From: Amoebidium appalachense
Lineage: Eukaryota; Protista; Ichthyosporea
Assembly: GCA_963693365.1 (NCBI GenBank)
Contig: CAVNZM010000007.1
Location: 3,209,979-3,273,978 of the forward strand
DNA length: 64,000 nt
Reading direction: 5' to 3'
Part shown: positions 37,831 to 52,400 of the stretch, one piece after another
Numbering within the stretch: position 1 is the stretch's first letter
How the letters are laid out: every line of letters starts with the position of its first letter
The notes under the pieces: generated by a model
The model's input: only the letters and a program-made list of their open reading frames with translations
What the model was told of the DNA's origin: nothing
The model's database searches: none
Made by a program: the position numbers and the translations under genes

Positions 37831-38034
37831 CACGCACACACACACACACTGCACACCGTGCCTTTACCAACGGCAACGTGGTACACGACACACCAACCCG
37901 TGCAAGATCACACACAAATATACCCATGCACGGTTGAACAGATAATCTCGCAATCGGCAGATCCTTTACGTCCAGGCACTCAATGCCCACCACTGTGCAT
38001 TACGGTACTGGTTTTTTTATTCTGCCCCTGCCTT

Positions 38035-38262
38035 TTAATAGTTGGGGTTGTGGATCATAGCAGTAGCACACGAAACACACAGGTCAAAGTCGCACGCCGA
38101 GCAGTAATAGGCCCGCACACCAATCTCACGCAAAGGGGGGGAAGGGGGGGAGGGGGGAGGGGGGTTTAGCCGGCACCGACACATCGGCACATATGCAAAA
38201 AAAAAAAAAAGAAGAAGAAACAAAAAACCCTCAACGTGTATCCATTGTGTATCTGTGTGTGT

Positions 38263-38320
<58 letters not shown>

Positions 38321-38559
38321 CTCACGCACATGTTTCTGCCCGTATGTGCAAGTGTGTATTTGTGTGTGTTCATGTTAGTGTGTGTGTACGCGCGCGCCTG
38401 TGTGTTTCAGGTGGTGGTGGGGAAGGGAACAGAGTACAAAGGGAAGAACCGGTGATGCCTCAATATCAACGGTGAAGAACTATATGAAAGTCGGTCAAAG
38501 CACGGGTGTGCGCGTGTGTGGTGTTTCCCCCCAAACACCACACCCACGCACACACGCGT

Positions 38560-38597
<38 letters not shown>

Positions 38598-38604
38598 CAC
38601 ACAG

Positions 38605-38636
<32 letters not shown>

Positions 38637-39625
38637 ACACCCACACCCACCCACACACCCACCCACACACCCACAGAGAAATAGAGGTTGCAGAGTGTGG
38701 GGCATACCGAGATACTCTCTGCCCTCCCTCTCGAGTTCTTCTGTGGCTGTGATTATCCTCGGGTGGGCACAAGCAGAGACACATCCACCTTTAGCTCCCG
38801 GTACAGATCTGAGAGCAAACACACACACACATTCGTCAGCACACATGCTGAAACACCCTCACCCAGTCCTTGCCCCTCCCCCCCCCCCCCCCCCCCCCCC
38901 CCCCACACACACACACAATCACACCTCGTAACCCTCCCCTCTCAGTCGCTTCCCCCCCTCACCCAACTGCAAACCCACACCTCCTTCTTATAGTCCCTCT
39001 TTCCCAGCCGTTATCTACTCGATCCCTCCTCCGCATCGTTTTCATACCCCCCCCCCCTCCCCCCTCCCCTCCCCCCCCCCCCCCAAAAAAAAAAGGACAC
39101 CAACACCCATCCACTCACCCTTATTCGTAAGGCCCTTCCCTTCCTCCCTCCCGTTCACCCCCCCTCCCCCCTCCCCCTCTTTTGAACTCAATTCTATAAA
39201 GCCTTCAAACCCCCCCCCCCCCCTTCCCAACCCCCTCGTGTCTTCTTTCTTTCTTTCTTCCTTTCCTTTCCTTTCTTTTCTTCTCTTTTTTTTGGGGGGT
39301 GGGGGTGGGGTGGGGTGGGGTGTGTGTGTGTGTGTGTGTTGGGGGGGGGGGGGGGGGGGGGGGGGGGAGAATGATGTATGCGTGAGAGGGTTGCAAATAT
39401 GTAAGAGACACCAAACGACAACAACAATTCGTCACAAAAATGGCTGGGAGGGAAAAAACCCACGCAGCAACTGCTCTCTCTGTTTTGTAGTGCACGTTGC
39501 TCCAATCACCAGTCGGCTGCTGCGCCGGTACACCGCTGACCCCGCGTCCCTCTTCTTGGGTGGCTTGCGGCCTCTTCCCCGTGACTCCTGTGGATGTGTG
39601 ATGTGTGTGTGTGATGTGTGTGTAC

Positions 39626-39657
<32 letters not shown>

Positions 39658-39680
39658 ACGTGTGTGTGGTGTGTGTGTGT

Positions 39681-39756
<76 letters not shown>

Positions 39757-39782
39757 TTGTGTACGTGTGTAGGTGTGCGTGT

Positions 39783-39819
<37 letters not shown>

Positions 39820-40690
39820 ATGCCAAGATATGTACGTGTATGTATGCGTCTGTGTCTGTAAATGTAGGCGAGTGTGTACGTGTGTATGTGTGTATTTGTT
39901 AGTGTGTGTGTGTATGTGAGCTTTAAAAGGTATATTTCAGATCAGAGTTCCCGCCCTGTCCTCCCCCCTTCCCCTCCCCCCCTCCCCCCGCGCGCACACA
40001 CATACACCAAACACGCAATGCAGATCCTGGTACGTATGCCAATTTTGTATGGGGTGCAGACAGAGAATAAAACAGGTGTGTGTTTGCTTTGTGGATCGCA
40101 GGTGTGGCCGGGGAACTGCCAAGAGAGCCGATAGAGTGAAGGGGTGAGAGAGGAAGAGATGAGAGGGAAACGAGGAAGACATTCATGATACAAAATGCGT
40201 TACAAAGCGCAAAATAGTCAACAACTAACAGCACTGAAACATAAGTATGCACGAGGAAGGGAGGGGTACTTTGATATTTGGAGAGAGGGAGGGAGAAAGC
40301 AGGTGGGAGATAGAGAGGAAAAAAAGAGATAGAGAGGGAGAGAAAGGTGGGAACGGAGAGAGGGAGAGAGGGAAGGTGGGGGGGGGGGGGGGGGGGGAGG
40401 GAGAGGGAGAGAGAAAGAGAGAGGGGGGGGGAGGGGGGGGGGGGGGGGGGGGGAGCGGAAGAGGGAGCTAGGCGGGAGGGGAGACAGAGAGACACTACGG
40501 AGGGGAAGAGATCGAGTGAGAGGAAAGAGAGAGGAGAGAGAGGGATGGGGGGGGGGGGGGGGGGGGGGGGGGGGGTGTCCCTACGTCATGAGTTTCAACT
40601 TCTTCTTTTCAAGGCTTCTCCTCACCCTTGCTCTTTGGCACACCTTCCAGAATCTCTGGTGCTTTATCCCGAATATATCACATATCCCGA
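38035..40690 (-). CDS. Poorly resolved multi-exon gene or gene relic with a C-terminal ZZ-like Cys cluster
   Basis: Clean minus-strand exon 39510-39587 (CAG acceptor, GT donor); candidate exons near 40626-40690 and 38710-38808; last segment RAYYCSACDFDLCVSC resembles the second half of a ZZ zinc finger. A full reading frame could not be assembled. Confidence 0.35.
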
Positions 40691-41020
40691 GGCCCCCTGA
40701 TTATCCCGAAGATAGACGGGATATTTTTACCTATTTAAAAAAAAAATAAAAAAAAATCTTAATCAGTCCCTTATATCACAGCACACCGACCAGCCTGGGC
40801 GCTGGATCCTAGGAAATACTTGTCAATACTGGTCCATCGGCGAAAACAAAAGTGGCTAATTAGACTTAACAACAGAGAAATATATTATATTTTTTACTTT
40901 TTACACTTGTAAAACAGTTTCACATGTGTACTAAGAAGAAGCGATATTGAAACACACTGCATGCGTGCAGGCCCGCACGGCAGTTCCATGGATTTCCCGC
41001 GTACGGTCGCCGACTTTACT

Positions 41021-42074
41021 CACGGCCCTCTGAAAAAAAGACGGCCTGGATACACTACGTCATAAAATCGCATTCCATTGTGCTCGTGGTATCTCGATCC
41101 ACTGGATTCCGGCCCTAAAACGAGATGTCGGCACAGAACATGTATGTTGTTGTTTTTCGTTTACGTCTCGCTTTTTTTGGTTCAAAGACGGAGACATCGG
41201 TAACATGGCTGACGGCGGGACTGGCCTTATGAAGGGAGCTGCTCCTCCCGAGCCTGGAATGGATAAGAAGAGAAGTAACGGTCTGCGTAGCAACAAAATC
41301 GGTAACATATGCAGTGTTCCAGGCTGCAGAGGCAACTACGACGACCAAAACAAGGTTTTCGTTTACAAATTCCCCAACCCAAACGACGGGCGCATTAAAA
41401 GCGAGACGCTACGCGAAGAAACACGGAACCTTCTCAGTGCTGGCTACGTGCTGTGCCGAGGCAGTGGCCTGAGAACTTCGACCCGCACGGTGTTGCGCGG
41501 GTCTGCTGCCGTCACTTTCCCGCCCATGACATCGTTAAAAAAGGTGGCAAAGCGTGGCCTAGGCCAGGCGCCGTCCCGAGCATTTTTCCCAACTGCCCCA
41601 GTTACCCGAGCGCCCCTTCCGCGCCTCCTCGTACGGACCCGGAAGAGAGAGCCGCAAAGATGGAGAAGGTTCGGGCAAGGCAAGAGGAAGAGGCAGTAGC
41701 GAGGAAGCGCCAGAAGGAGATGTTCGTGTTCGGCCAGCTTGTTGTCCGTGCCCTGGAAATAGCGGAGCGGCACGCCGGCTGGAGGGTTTACGGAGGAAAC
41801 ACAGTGGTCGCTGGCGTTTACGAGCAAGACAATGGTACTCCCCCCCCCCCCCCCCCCCCCTCAAAATCCCCTCCAATGTCCTCATGCCCTCGCCCCCTCA
41901 CCCCCTCACCCCCCCCAACACACAAGGTCACATGAGGAGTCGACCGGCATGAAGTGTGTGTGTATATGTGTGTGTGTTTTGTGTGTGTTTGTGTGTGTCT
42001 GTGTGTGACACTGTGTGTGTGTGTGTGTGTGTGTGACACGTGTGTGTGTGCGCGCGCATCAGTGTGTTTGTGTG

Positions 42075-42127
<53 letters not shown>

Positions 42128-42416
42128 TGTGTCGGGATGGGTGGGTGGGGAGGGGGGGGGGGGGGTTTCCATATGGTTTTTCACATGCCAAGCGTAGTCA
42201 AATGTGGTGCCACACAGATTTTGCTGACTTTTAATTTGCAGGCCAGTCTCATCCGCTATCTCCTGGACAGCGGCGTGAGCGGCGAGAAGCTCAACTTTGT
42301 GCTCACCAGAAAGTTTCAAACCGACTCCCTTGAGGGTGCTTTTGGCACAATCCGACAGTACAGCGGTGGGAACTACAACGTTGGGACAGCACAGGTGGGT
42401 ACCTCCCCTCCTGCCC

Positions 42417-42447
<31 letters not shown>

Positions 42448-42946
42448 ACACGCACACCCCTACCCTACTCAGCCACCCACCCACTGCCTGCAACAATGAA
42501 ACACAAGAGATACATCACACACACACGATTCATACAGCATTACAAAGAACAGAGACAGAACAGATATAGGATGATTTGGTGATTCACCTTAATAATAGGA
42601 TAGTGGTGTCATGACATGGTGGCCCCGGGGAATAAAATAATCAGGAGAAAAAAAAAAGGGGGGGGGGGGGGATAGCGAGAGAGGCAGGGACGGAAGAAGG
42701 GGTTGGAGGAGGAGGGGAGGGGGAGGGGGGGGGTATCAGGATAAAAGGAGTGTGGTGAAAAGAAAGGGTGCAAAGAAAACTGAACGAAAAATGAAATTAG
42801 GGGGTGGGGTGGGGGGGGGGGGAGGGGGGCGGGGCTGTTGAACTCAAACCACAAAAATGCACACACGTACACGCACACACACACACACAGACACACAGAC
42901 ACACATACACCAAACACCACACACACACACACACACACACACCGTA

Positions 42947-43005
<59 letters not shown>

Positions 43006-44301
43006 ATACATACACAACCCCATGCAGATATACCTAAACCATGCTTGTGTACACACGAAGATATGCTATGATACACTGCTTGCGCGCCCGCGCCATAGTG
43101 TGTCATATTAAACTTTTATAGCCACGTGCCATCTATATATACACAAATCACACAATAAACTCACCTCTATGAACAGACTCTCCAGGCCGTCAAAAGGATA
43201 CGGGTGCAGAAGCTGGCAAAGCTGGCAGTGCAGACGGGCACAAGTGTAACACAGCTGTTCGACAACATGAACACAGCACTCAACAGCAAACGCAAAACGA
43301 TCACCATCGAGACCATTCTCCCACTCTACAACAACACCATCTGGGGCCACGTCTATAAAATCAGCGAAGACGTCAGAAAGCCAGAGGTGCTAACCTACCG
43401 GGCAGGGTTCTGTGTGCACGCGCTTCACGTGCGCGGTGTTGGCTGCAACACATGTCGTGCACAACTCGAAATCACCACACCAAACAAAAACACCAACACA
43501 CCCACTGAAACAAGCACCACAGCTACCGAAACAGCCACCACTACGGCCGGGAGAGCCACAGACGATCACTACCGACTCATCCGCGCCGCCAATCGGGGGG
43601 GGCCTGACTTTCCCTTCACCACCAACAGTGAGCATTGTCACATTGGTCTACTGTGTGGTGGAGGCACTGCTAAAGCCACTGGTCAACACGTACCTTCCGG
43701 GGGGCAGCCATAGAACGGTGGCTGTGCTACTCAGCGAACATGCAGTCAAAAGGTACAATACCGATAAGGCACTTATGGACGAGTGTGGGGTGTGCGGCAC
43801 GCAAAAGAGAGCACTAGTGGAACGACTAATAACCGTTGCAACCAACTGCCACCTGAGCGCGTATGTGCGTCAACGCAAGGAACAAGCGAAGAAAGCACCC
43901 AACAAAGCAAACCGGAAAGCCAAAACAGTGCAGGCGGCCGCTTTGGCGGCGAGCGAGGCCGCCGCGGGGGCAGGCGTCCCCGCCACAGTTGCAGGGAGCA
44001 TGCCGTCGACAAAACCAGCAAAGAAGAAAAAGGAGAGCAAAACAGAGGAAAAGGGAGGCGAAGGGAGGAAGAAGGGAAAGAAAGGTGAAAACAAAGCAAC
44101 CACGGCGGAACCACCTACCGTCGAGTGGGAGATGGAGGGAAACGATGACGAGCTGGTGGCTGCACTGGAGGCAGCAGAGGCGGAGTACGATTGGATTGTA
44201 GAGGCGTATTTGGAGGAAGCAGAGCTCTAGCGGCTTTGTCAGTGTTTTCTAACCCTCTTTCTTTTCTTTTTTTGCCAGTAGGTAGAGGTGTGAGGGTTTG
44301 C

Positions 44302-44335
<34 letters not shown>

Positions 44336-44787
44336 CTACACAGTGTTTATTGGTTGGTAGTTAGTGTTGCAGGACATAGACGTTCTAATACTTAACATAC
44401 AGGTAGTATTATGTTACCTAGTGGATAGAAACACCTTTGAGAGAATATACGCAAAGAAGAGTTCTAGTTTTGTAGCAGATCTTTGCTCACTATGTTTAAA
44501 CGTGAACTGCTCAATAGATATAACTATACTGAGACTCAGCTACACTATTATGTACACTATGCCAAAACTTTGTGCTATAGGGCTTGCGCATATTACTCTA
44601 AGACAAAAAAACGCCTTAGAACATAGGAAGCACTTCATAAACTTTTGTCGTTTTTTTTTTTCCTTCCGTTTTCCTTCATAATCTGCGCACTGATAGTAGT
44701 TTGCTAGCGAATCCAGTGGATCGAAATACCAATCTGCTCTTTTGACCCCGTTCTGTATCCAGGCCGTCTTTTTTTCAGAGGGCCGTG
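41021..44787 (+). mobile_element. P-element (THAP9-type) DNA transposon, internally deleted
   Basis: Perfect 34-bp TIR CACGGCCCTCTGAAAAAAAGACGGCCTGGATACA; 7-bp TSD CTTTACT; subterminal inverted repeat at about 41088-41109 and 44709-44730. Confidence 0.93.
41205..44230 (+). pseudogene. Defective P-element transposase; exons about 41205-41834, 42242-42394, 43177-44230
   Basis: THAP domain (CSVPGC..YKFP..WL..RVCCRHF..AVPSIF) with a frameshift near 41435. RNase H C-terminal motif FVLTRKFQTDSLEGAFGTIRQYSGGN. C-terminal YRAGF..CNTC..NRGG/LTFPS with a shift in a G run. The central catalytic exons are absent. Confidence 0.85.
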
Positions 44788-44987
44788 CTTTACTGTGGTA
44801 CGTTTATAAATTAGCCGAAATATGCGTTTTCGCATTCCTTTGGTCTCCCCAGACTTAAACACAGCAGTGCTGGGTGCATGCCAAAATACCTGATTCTGCG
44901 ATCATGTCCTGAGGAAGATGGTATCGTTATCCAGTCCGATCGCATGAATCAGATCATGATCGGCTGGTGGCCTGCGAGATCTTAACC

Positions 44988-45060
44988 GATCTCGTAGCTC
45001 AGTTGGTAGAGCACTCGACCGGAGATAGAGGGGTCGCGGATTCGAATCCCGTCGGGATCA
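44988..45060 (+). pseudogene. tRNA-like sequence with a Phe-type body and GGA anticodon; probable pseudogene or SINE head
   Basis: 73-nt cloverleaf: acceptor GATCTCG/CGGGATC, D arm GCTC/GAGC, short variable loop. Defects: C33, a G-A mismatch in the anticodon stem, A53-C61 mismatch. Confidence 0.7.
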
Positions 45061-45342
45061 TCTGTTTTCTCATCCTCTTCTCGCTGGGGTAAAAGCCAGC
45101 ACGACTTTACTGGCGTCATCACAACCATCGGCAGTGGTTAGGTTGTGATCTCAAGGCTAGCAAGATCGCTAGTCTCTGCACCAGGACAAAATCAAAAACT
45201 TTTCGTCTAGGTATTGGCCCTTTCCTATGTAATACCGTACCCCGAGTATACCATCGTGTAGCATAGTACAACCACTGCTGTGTCCTCCCCTCCGCACCTC
45301 CCTCCTGTTCATCTCCCCCTCCCCCTCCCCCCCTCCCCCTCC

Positions 45343-46520
<1,178 letters not shown>

Positions 46521-46582
46521 GGTTATGCAGCCCTTTTGCACGCTCCCTACACACATCTAGAACTAGCGCTCGTTTTTCAATC

Positions 46583-48208
46583 ATGGATCCAAACAAAACT
46601 GGTGTAAACAAAATAACCATGTGGAAAGGTGAAGGGAAGACTGGTCCCGATAGCAAAACCACCTATTTTCAATGGGAAATCATTTTTCTCGGCATGATGA
46701 CCGGCACTAAAGGTGTCCGACTCGTGGATGTTGTACTTGCTGACAACTACGTCCCCCCTCCACCGTCGCGGTTGACGGTGAACCCCCCTTCTATGGCTAC
46801 GGCACTACCGAGGAACTCAAGGAGGCCCGCAATAGCCTCCTGCTCCATATGATACAGAACATCGACCCTTCCGTCCTCACCACCGTTGCCCAGTACCGTA
46901 TTGGCATGGACCCTGAACGGGCCATGTGGAAATTCCGTCAACACTACCTCCAAGGCAAACCCGATCAGATCCGCATCCTTCACCGTCAGTGGGATGCCTG
47001 TGCCCTTCAGCCCGGTGAATCATTCACCACCTACCTGAGTCGTCTGCAGACCATCGTGAACCAGCTCCAGTCCCTCCAAGATGAGTCCATTCACTTCACT
47101 CGTCTAGCTGAGAAGTTCTTCAATGAACTCACCACCAGAGACGACCTCACCCCTGAGTTCAACCGTCTTATCGAAGACTATCACTTCGGTGATAAGCTAT
47201 TCCCCGACTTCGAGTCCCTCCACAACCACGTCAAGGGCATCGAGCTACGTCAAGACCTCAAGATGCAACTCCGGAGCAACCGTGCCCACCGTGTCTCCAA
47301 GTCCAGCATGGCATTAAATGCCAGTGCTCCCCCCCGTGATCTTCCTCGCCGTGACTTACGCAACCGACTTGACCGTACCCCTGGCACGGACCTCCGAACT
47401 CGTCTCTCCCGTCAGCACACCCGATCCCGTTCCCCCCACCGGCCTGCCTTCCGGTCCACGTCTCGTTCCCCCAGTCGTTCCCGTTTCTCGGGTTCCCGTC
47501 GTTCTGATTCCCCGGCTCGTTCTAACACCCCGTCCGTGAAAGCATGCTCCTACTGCCACGAGCCTGATCACACGATCATCGATTGCCCTGAGCCGAAATG
47601 CCGTATGTCCAGACACAACCGTTCCCGTCAAGGCAGTGAGAAATCTGTCTCCTTTGCTTTCTCGGCATACAATGCTAGCTCCGTCCCCGTGTCCTCCGAC
47701 CCTGCTGGGGGTGCAACATGACTGTCTGCCCCACCCGTGAGTTCTTCCATGACCTCACTCCCCTTCCGACACCGACTCCTGTTGCTGCCTTCAATGGCAC
47801 CCCCGTCTTGGCCACTCACACCGGCCATATGGTCATCAACACCACCACCGACCATGGCACTGCCACCCTTACCATTGAAGCCTACTACACCCCGTCTGGC
47901 CAAGCCTTCCTCATTTCAACATCCCAAGCTGCTGCCGAATACATCAAGGGTGATTTGAATGATGCCTCCACTCCGTCATTCCTCTTCGACCGACTCACCG
48001 GCCGTCATCTCGTCAACCTCCGTCTACACAACGGTCTGTATTACTTCAAGGACTACACCATTCAACCACCCACTCGTCCTGTGGCTCTGGCTGCCACTAC
48101 CAGTGTTAACCCATCCATCTGGCACCATCGTCTGGGGCACCGTGCTATGACCAGCATCAAGGACATGGTGAAACACGACCTTGTTATTGGTCTCCCCTCG
48201 TCTGTCCT
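46583..48208 (+). pseudogene. Copia A gag / protease / GAG-pre-integrase, frameshifted
   Basis: Zinc knuckle CSYCHEPDHTIIDC, damaged protease site with a stop at 47719-47721, IWHHRLGH; spread over three ORF-track pieces. Confidence 0.9.
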
Positions 48209-49403
48209 TATTATTTTGTGTGGGTAAACGGAGAAGCAGAGAGCACAGATGGGTGTTATGTAAAACACAACACAAAGACACACGGGAAAAACACAACCGG
48301 AGAGGAGGAACGATTTCTGGAACCATAGGAAGTGAATACGACTGCTTGTGATTTATTTCAAGATGAGGTCCCTTTTATACTTGGGAATGTGAAACGATAA
48401 ACCAATCAAAAGAATGAAAACTATGAGTGTAAAATATATCGAATAAAATGTCTGTCGACATTTAGAATGTAAAACTCAATCCTCTAATGAAAGAAACTTC
48501 TAATAAAAGCACGGAAACATTTAATAAAATGAAACCACTTATGTAACTATTAATTCATAACATATATTTATACATGTTCTTATCATAACACGTCTAAATA
48601 TAATTTTTCCTAATAGTTGAAGAACATAGCACAATGCTACGTCGTGGGAAAGGAATGAGAAAGGAATGTAAGTTACTATATTTGGGAAAATACAAACGAG
48701 ATATGATTGGATGACATATATAGATTTTGACGCAAACGACAATACGTGTGCGCGAGCTAAGTATGTCGATACGTACACAGATCTAAGATGTCGTGTACAC
48801 GGAAACGGAAAAGAAAGAAAGAAATGAAGAAAGGAAAAGGAAACAAACTACAACAACTAATAAATAAATACCAAACTCAACTTCTAAGTCTTGCTGAGAA
48901 TTAAGTGAAGATGACATCCCCACTCAAGGGTTGGAAGTTGGGTTCTCGTGAAGTTTGTTGATGTGACTGTTGATGTTAAGACTTTCACACATGTAGAAGT
49001 AGGTGCCGTGAAGTCACAGTCAAGTTTCCCCACTCGAGAAGACAATGGAGAAGACTTGAAGGTGCAAGCCGGGGAAGAAAACCAAAACGGAAGAAGCACA
49101 CAACGACGGTTGCCTCTGAAGACTCGGAAGATGACGGTAGCCAATTACGTGATATATAAATATATATAGAAGAAACAACTAGTGTATGTGTGACGTGTTG
49201 GTGGCTAATGATAAATACATTATATATATGGTGGTATATAAATAAACGACGGATGGTGGAGAAGAAATCCCCACTGAAGATGCACACACTGAAGATCGAT
49301 GAAGACAGCAGTAGACTTTCGTTGGGAGGTGTCTCTACACGGTGATGTGTAGACCACTGGCCAGGGCCCCAACCTACTTGAAGACCACTGTACTAGTAGA
49401 TGA

Positions 49404-49450
<47 letters not shown>

Positions 49451-52400
49451 CTCAGTCACGAAGACTGAGTGAATCACGGTGTTGCTCGTGGGAGGGCCCG
49501 GGCAGGGGCTTGGTGAAGATGTCAGCCACGTTGTCTTTGCTGGACACGTAGGTGACGACCACATCCCCACTCTTGATGTAGTCCTTCGTGTTGTGGTAAC
49601 GGACTGCAATGTGTTTGGTCCGGTGCTTGATGCTGTTGGTGTGCAGGAGGGCAATGGTGGACTGGTTGTCACAGTAGACGGGGGTGGGGTCGGTCATCGG
49701 GTAGCCGAGTTCACGGAGGAGATCACGGTGCCAGATGACGTTTTGAACAGCAGCATTGATGGCCAGAAGCTCAGCCTCGGTGGTGGATGTTGCCGTGATG
49801 GACTGCAGCTTCGAATACCATGTGATGGGTATGCCCTTGAAGAAGATGACGTATCCGGTGGTTGAACGACGGGTGTTGGGGCAGTTGGCAAAGTCAGCAT
49901 CAGAATAACACTCCAGCAAGGGGGTGTTGTCGTCGGAAGCAGACTTGTCGTAGTGAAGGCCGAGGTTGGAAGTGCCGATGAGGTACCGAACTACACGGAG
50001 TAGACATTCCCATGCAAGTTTGGTGGGGTTGGCACTGAATCTACCGAGGTAGCCGATGGCAAAGGAGATGTCGGGCCGGGAACAACGAGCAACCCACAAA
50101 AGACGGCCGAGTAGTTCACGGTAGGGAACCTTGATGGGTGGTGAGTCGTTCTCGTTGATGGTGATGACGGTGCCGACGGGAATGGGAGTAGCCTTGGGGT
50201 GAGCATCGTTGAGGTTGAAGTCTCTGACGATGTCGTTGATGTAGGATTGCTGAAGCAGCTTGAGGTGACCGGGGGTGTGGATGAGCTGGGTGCCAAGGAA
50301 GATGTCGGGAAGGTCAACCTTGCAGAGAGCTGACTTCATGATGTGGTCTACTAGATCCTTGGTGTGGGAGGAGTTGGCCGTGCAGATGATGATGACGTCG
50401 TCCACATAGTTGCCAGTGAGGATGATGTCACCGTTGGGGAAGGTCTTGATGTAGACACATGGATCTGAACGGAGACGTTCGAGACCGTGAGCAAGGAGGA
50501 CCTTGTCGAAGTACTCATACCAGGCCAGTGATGCTTGCTTGAGTCCGTAGAGTGCCTTCTTAAGTTTCCAGACCTTGTGTTCGTTGCCGGGGGTGATGAA
50601 GCCAGGTGGTGGCTCAATGTAGATGTCTTCTTGAAGAGGACTGTTGAGGAAGGCAGTTGAGACGTCGAGTTGATGAATCTCATGGTTGCCGTCCACACCG
50701 ATGGCAAGGAGGGCACGGACGGAGGAGGACATCACCACGGGGGAAGAGGTGTCACCGTAGTCAACACCGTAGACTTGAGTGAAGCCCTTTGCAACACCAC
50801 GAGCTTTGATCTTGGTGTCACCGGCTGAGTTGAGGACTTTCTCAGTCACAATCCACTTGAACTTGATGATGTTGGCACCAGGGGGGGGATCAACAATGGT
50901 GAAGACATCCTTGGTGATGAAGGCTTGGTACTCGGAGGTGAGGGCAGCTATGACGGCATCACCGTTGGGACCGTTGCAAAGCTTTTGAATGCCCTTGGGG
51001 AGCTGGTCAATGTTGATGGTCGGTGCTACGATGCTGACCAGTGCCGTTGGAGTCTTGGTGAGACGTGTAGACCGACGAAGGTTGGGCTTGGGGGGGTCCT
51101 TGAGGGGGGTGGTGGCCGGGTAGGTGGTGGAGGCCGGGATAGGGGCATGGAAGCCAGGAATAGGACCGGTGGTGAGGGGGGCATCGGTGTCCACAGGGCT
51201 GCTCGTGGCCGAGTGGAAGGTGGGGGACCCAGGACGAACCGGAGTCATGTAGCCGGGTTGATGCACAGCAACGGGGGGGGCCGGCAGCAAGGGTTGTTGG
51301 CCAGTGGGGGGGGGGCTCGGGGGAGGCACGGGTTCAACCGGGGCTGGTTGGTTGTGCCAGGACGGTTGGGAGATGACCACAGACGGAGTTTCATCGTCGT
51401 CGTCGGAGGGGGGGTCCAATGTCGGCAGATCGGGTTTGGGGGGAACGGAGACCTGATTGGTGCTGCCCGTGAATTTCGACTCGTCGAAGATCACATCACG
51501 GCAGATCTTGATTTGGTTGCTGGCAAGGTCGAGGATCTTGTGTGCCTTGGAGGGTAGGTCCCAGCCGACGTAGGTGCCGACTCTGACGGTTGATGCCAGC
51601 TTGTTCCTCTTTGACCGGGGAACATGGACATAGGCAGGGGAGCCGAACACGTGGAGCTGGGAGACGTCGGGTTTGAAGCCGTGGAAGGCCTCGAAGGGAG
51701 TGTTGCCGTTGGCAGCAGATGACGGTGTGACGTTGATGATGTAGCTTGTATGCTTGAGAGCAGCAACCCACAACTTGGGAGAGAGAGGTTGGTCCTTGTC
51801 GGCATGGAGGAAGCAACGGACTGTCTCTTGCAGTTCTCTCATCTTCCGTTCAACAACACCATTGTGTTGTGGTGTGTCGACGGGGGCAAACTCCATGATG
51901 ATGCCTTTCTGCTTGCAGTAGGCCTCGGTGTCCTTGGAGGTGAACTCAGAGCCGGAGTCAAACCGAAGATGGGTGACGATCTCAGGTGTCTGACGTTCGA
52001 TGGTTTCAACGAGAGACTGAATGTGGCTGAGGGTTTCACCACGGTTGTAAAGGGGGAACACGGTGGTGTAACCGGTGGCATCACAAACACACACCAGAGC
52101 AACCTTGTAGCCTCCGTAGGAAGCACAGGGAGCTTCGAAGAAGTCCAGGTGCCACTTAGCACCGGGAATGGTGAACTTGGAACGGGTGCCGGGAAAGGGG
52201 GCCTTGGTGGTCTTGCCAGACATGCAGCCGAAGCAGTCACTGTTGTCGGGTGACTTGAGGGAGGGGGGCATGCCGATGACAAGCTCATCCTTGGCCATCC
52301 TGGTGACGGTGGAGGGGGCACGGTGGCCGAGACGGTTGTGCCAAAGGGTGAGGTCGTCGGGTGGGTGAGTCCTTGCTGTGTAGGCTTGGACCCCCGGGTG

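Noticed and set aside
40018-40134. Tiny plus-strand spliced gene MQIL/VWPGNCQESR
   Set aside because: The product would be 14 aa and the splice-like signals could be chance; no other support.
43585-43605. Programmed frameshift in the P transposase
   Set aside because: It falls in a G homopolymer of an otherwise defective element; slippage or sequencing error is simpler.
45103-45112. CGACTTTACT repeated from the P-element left flank, suggesting a larger composite element
   Set aside because: The TIR plus TSD at 44787-44794 already explains the boundary; a lone 10-bp match has no other support.
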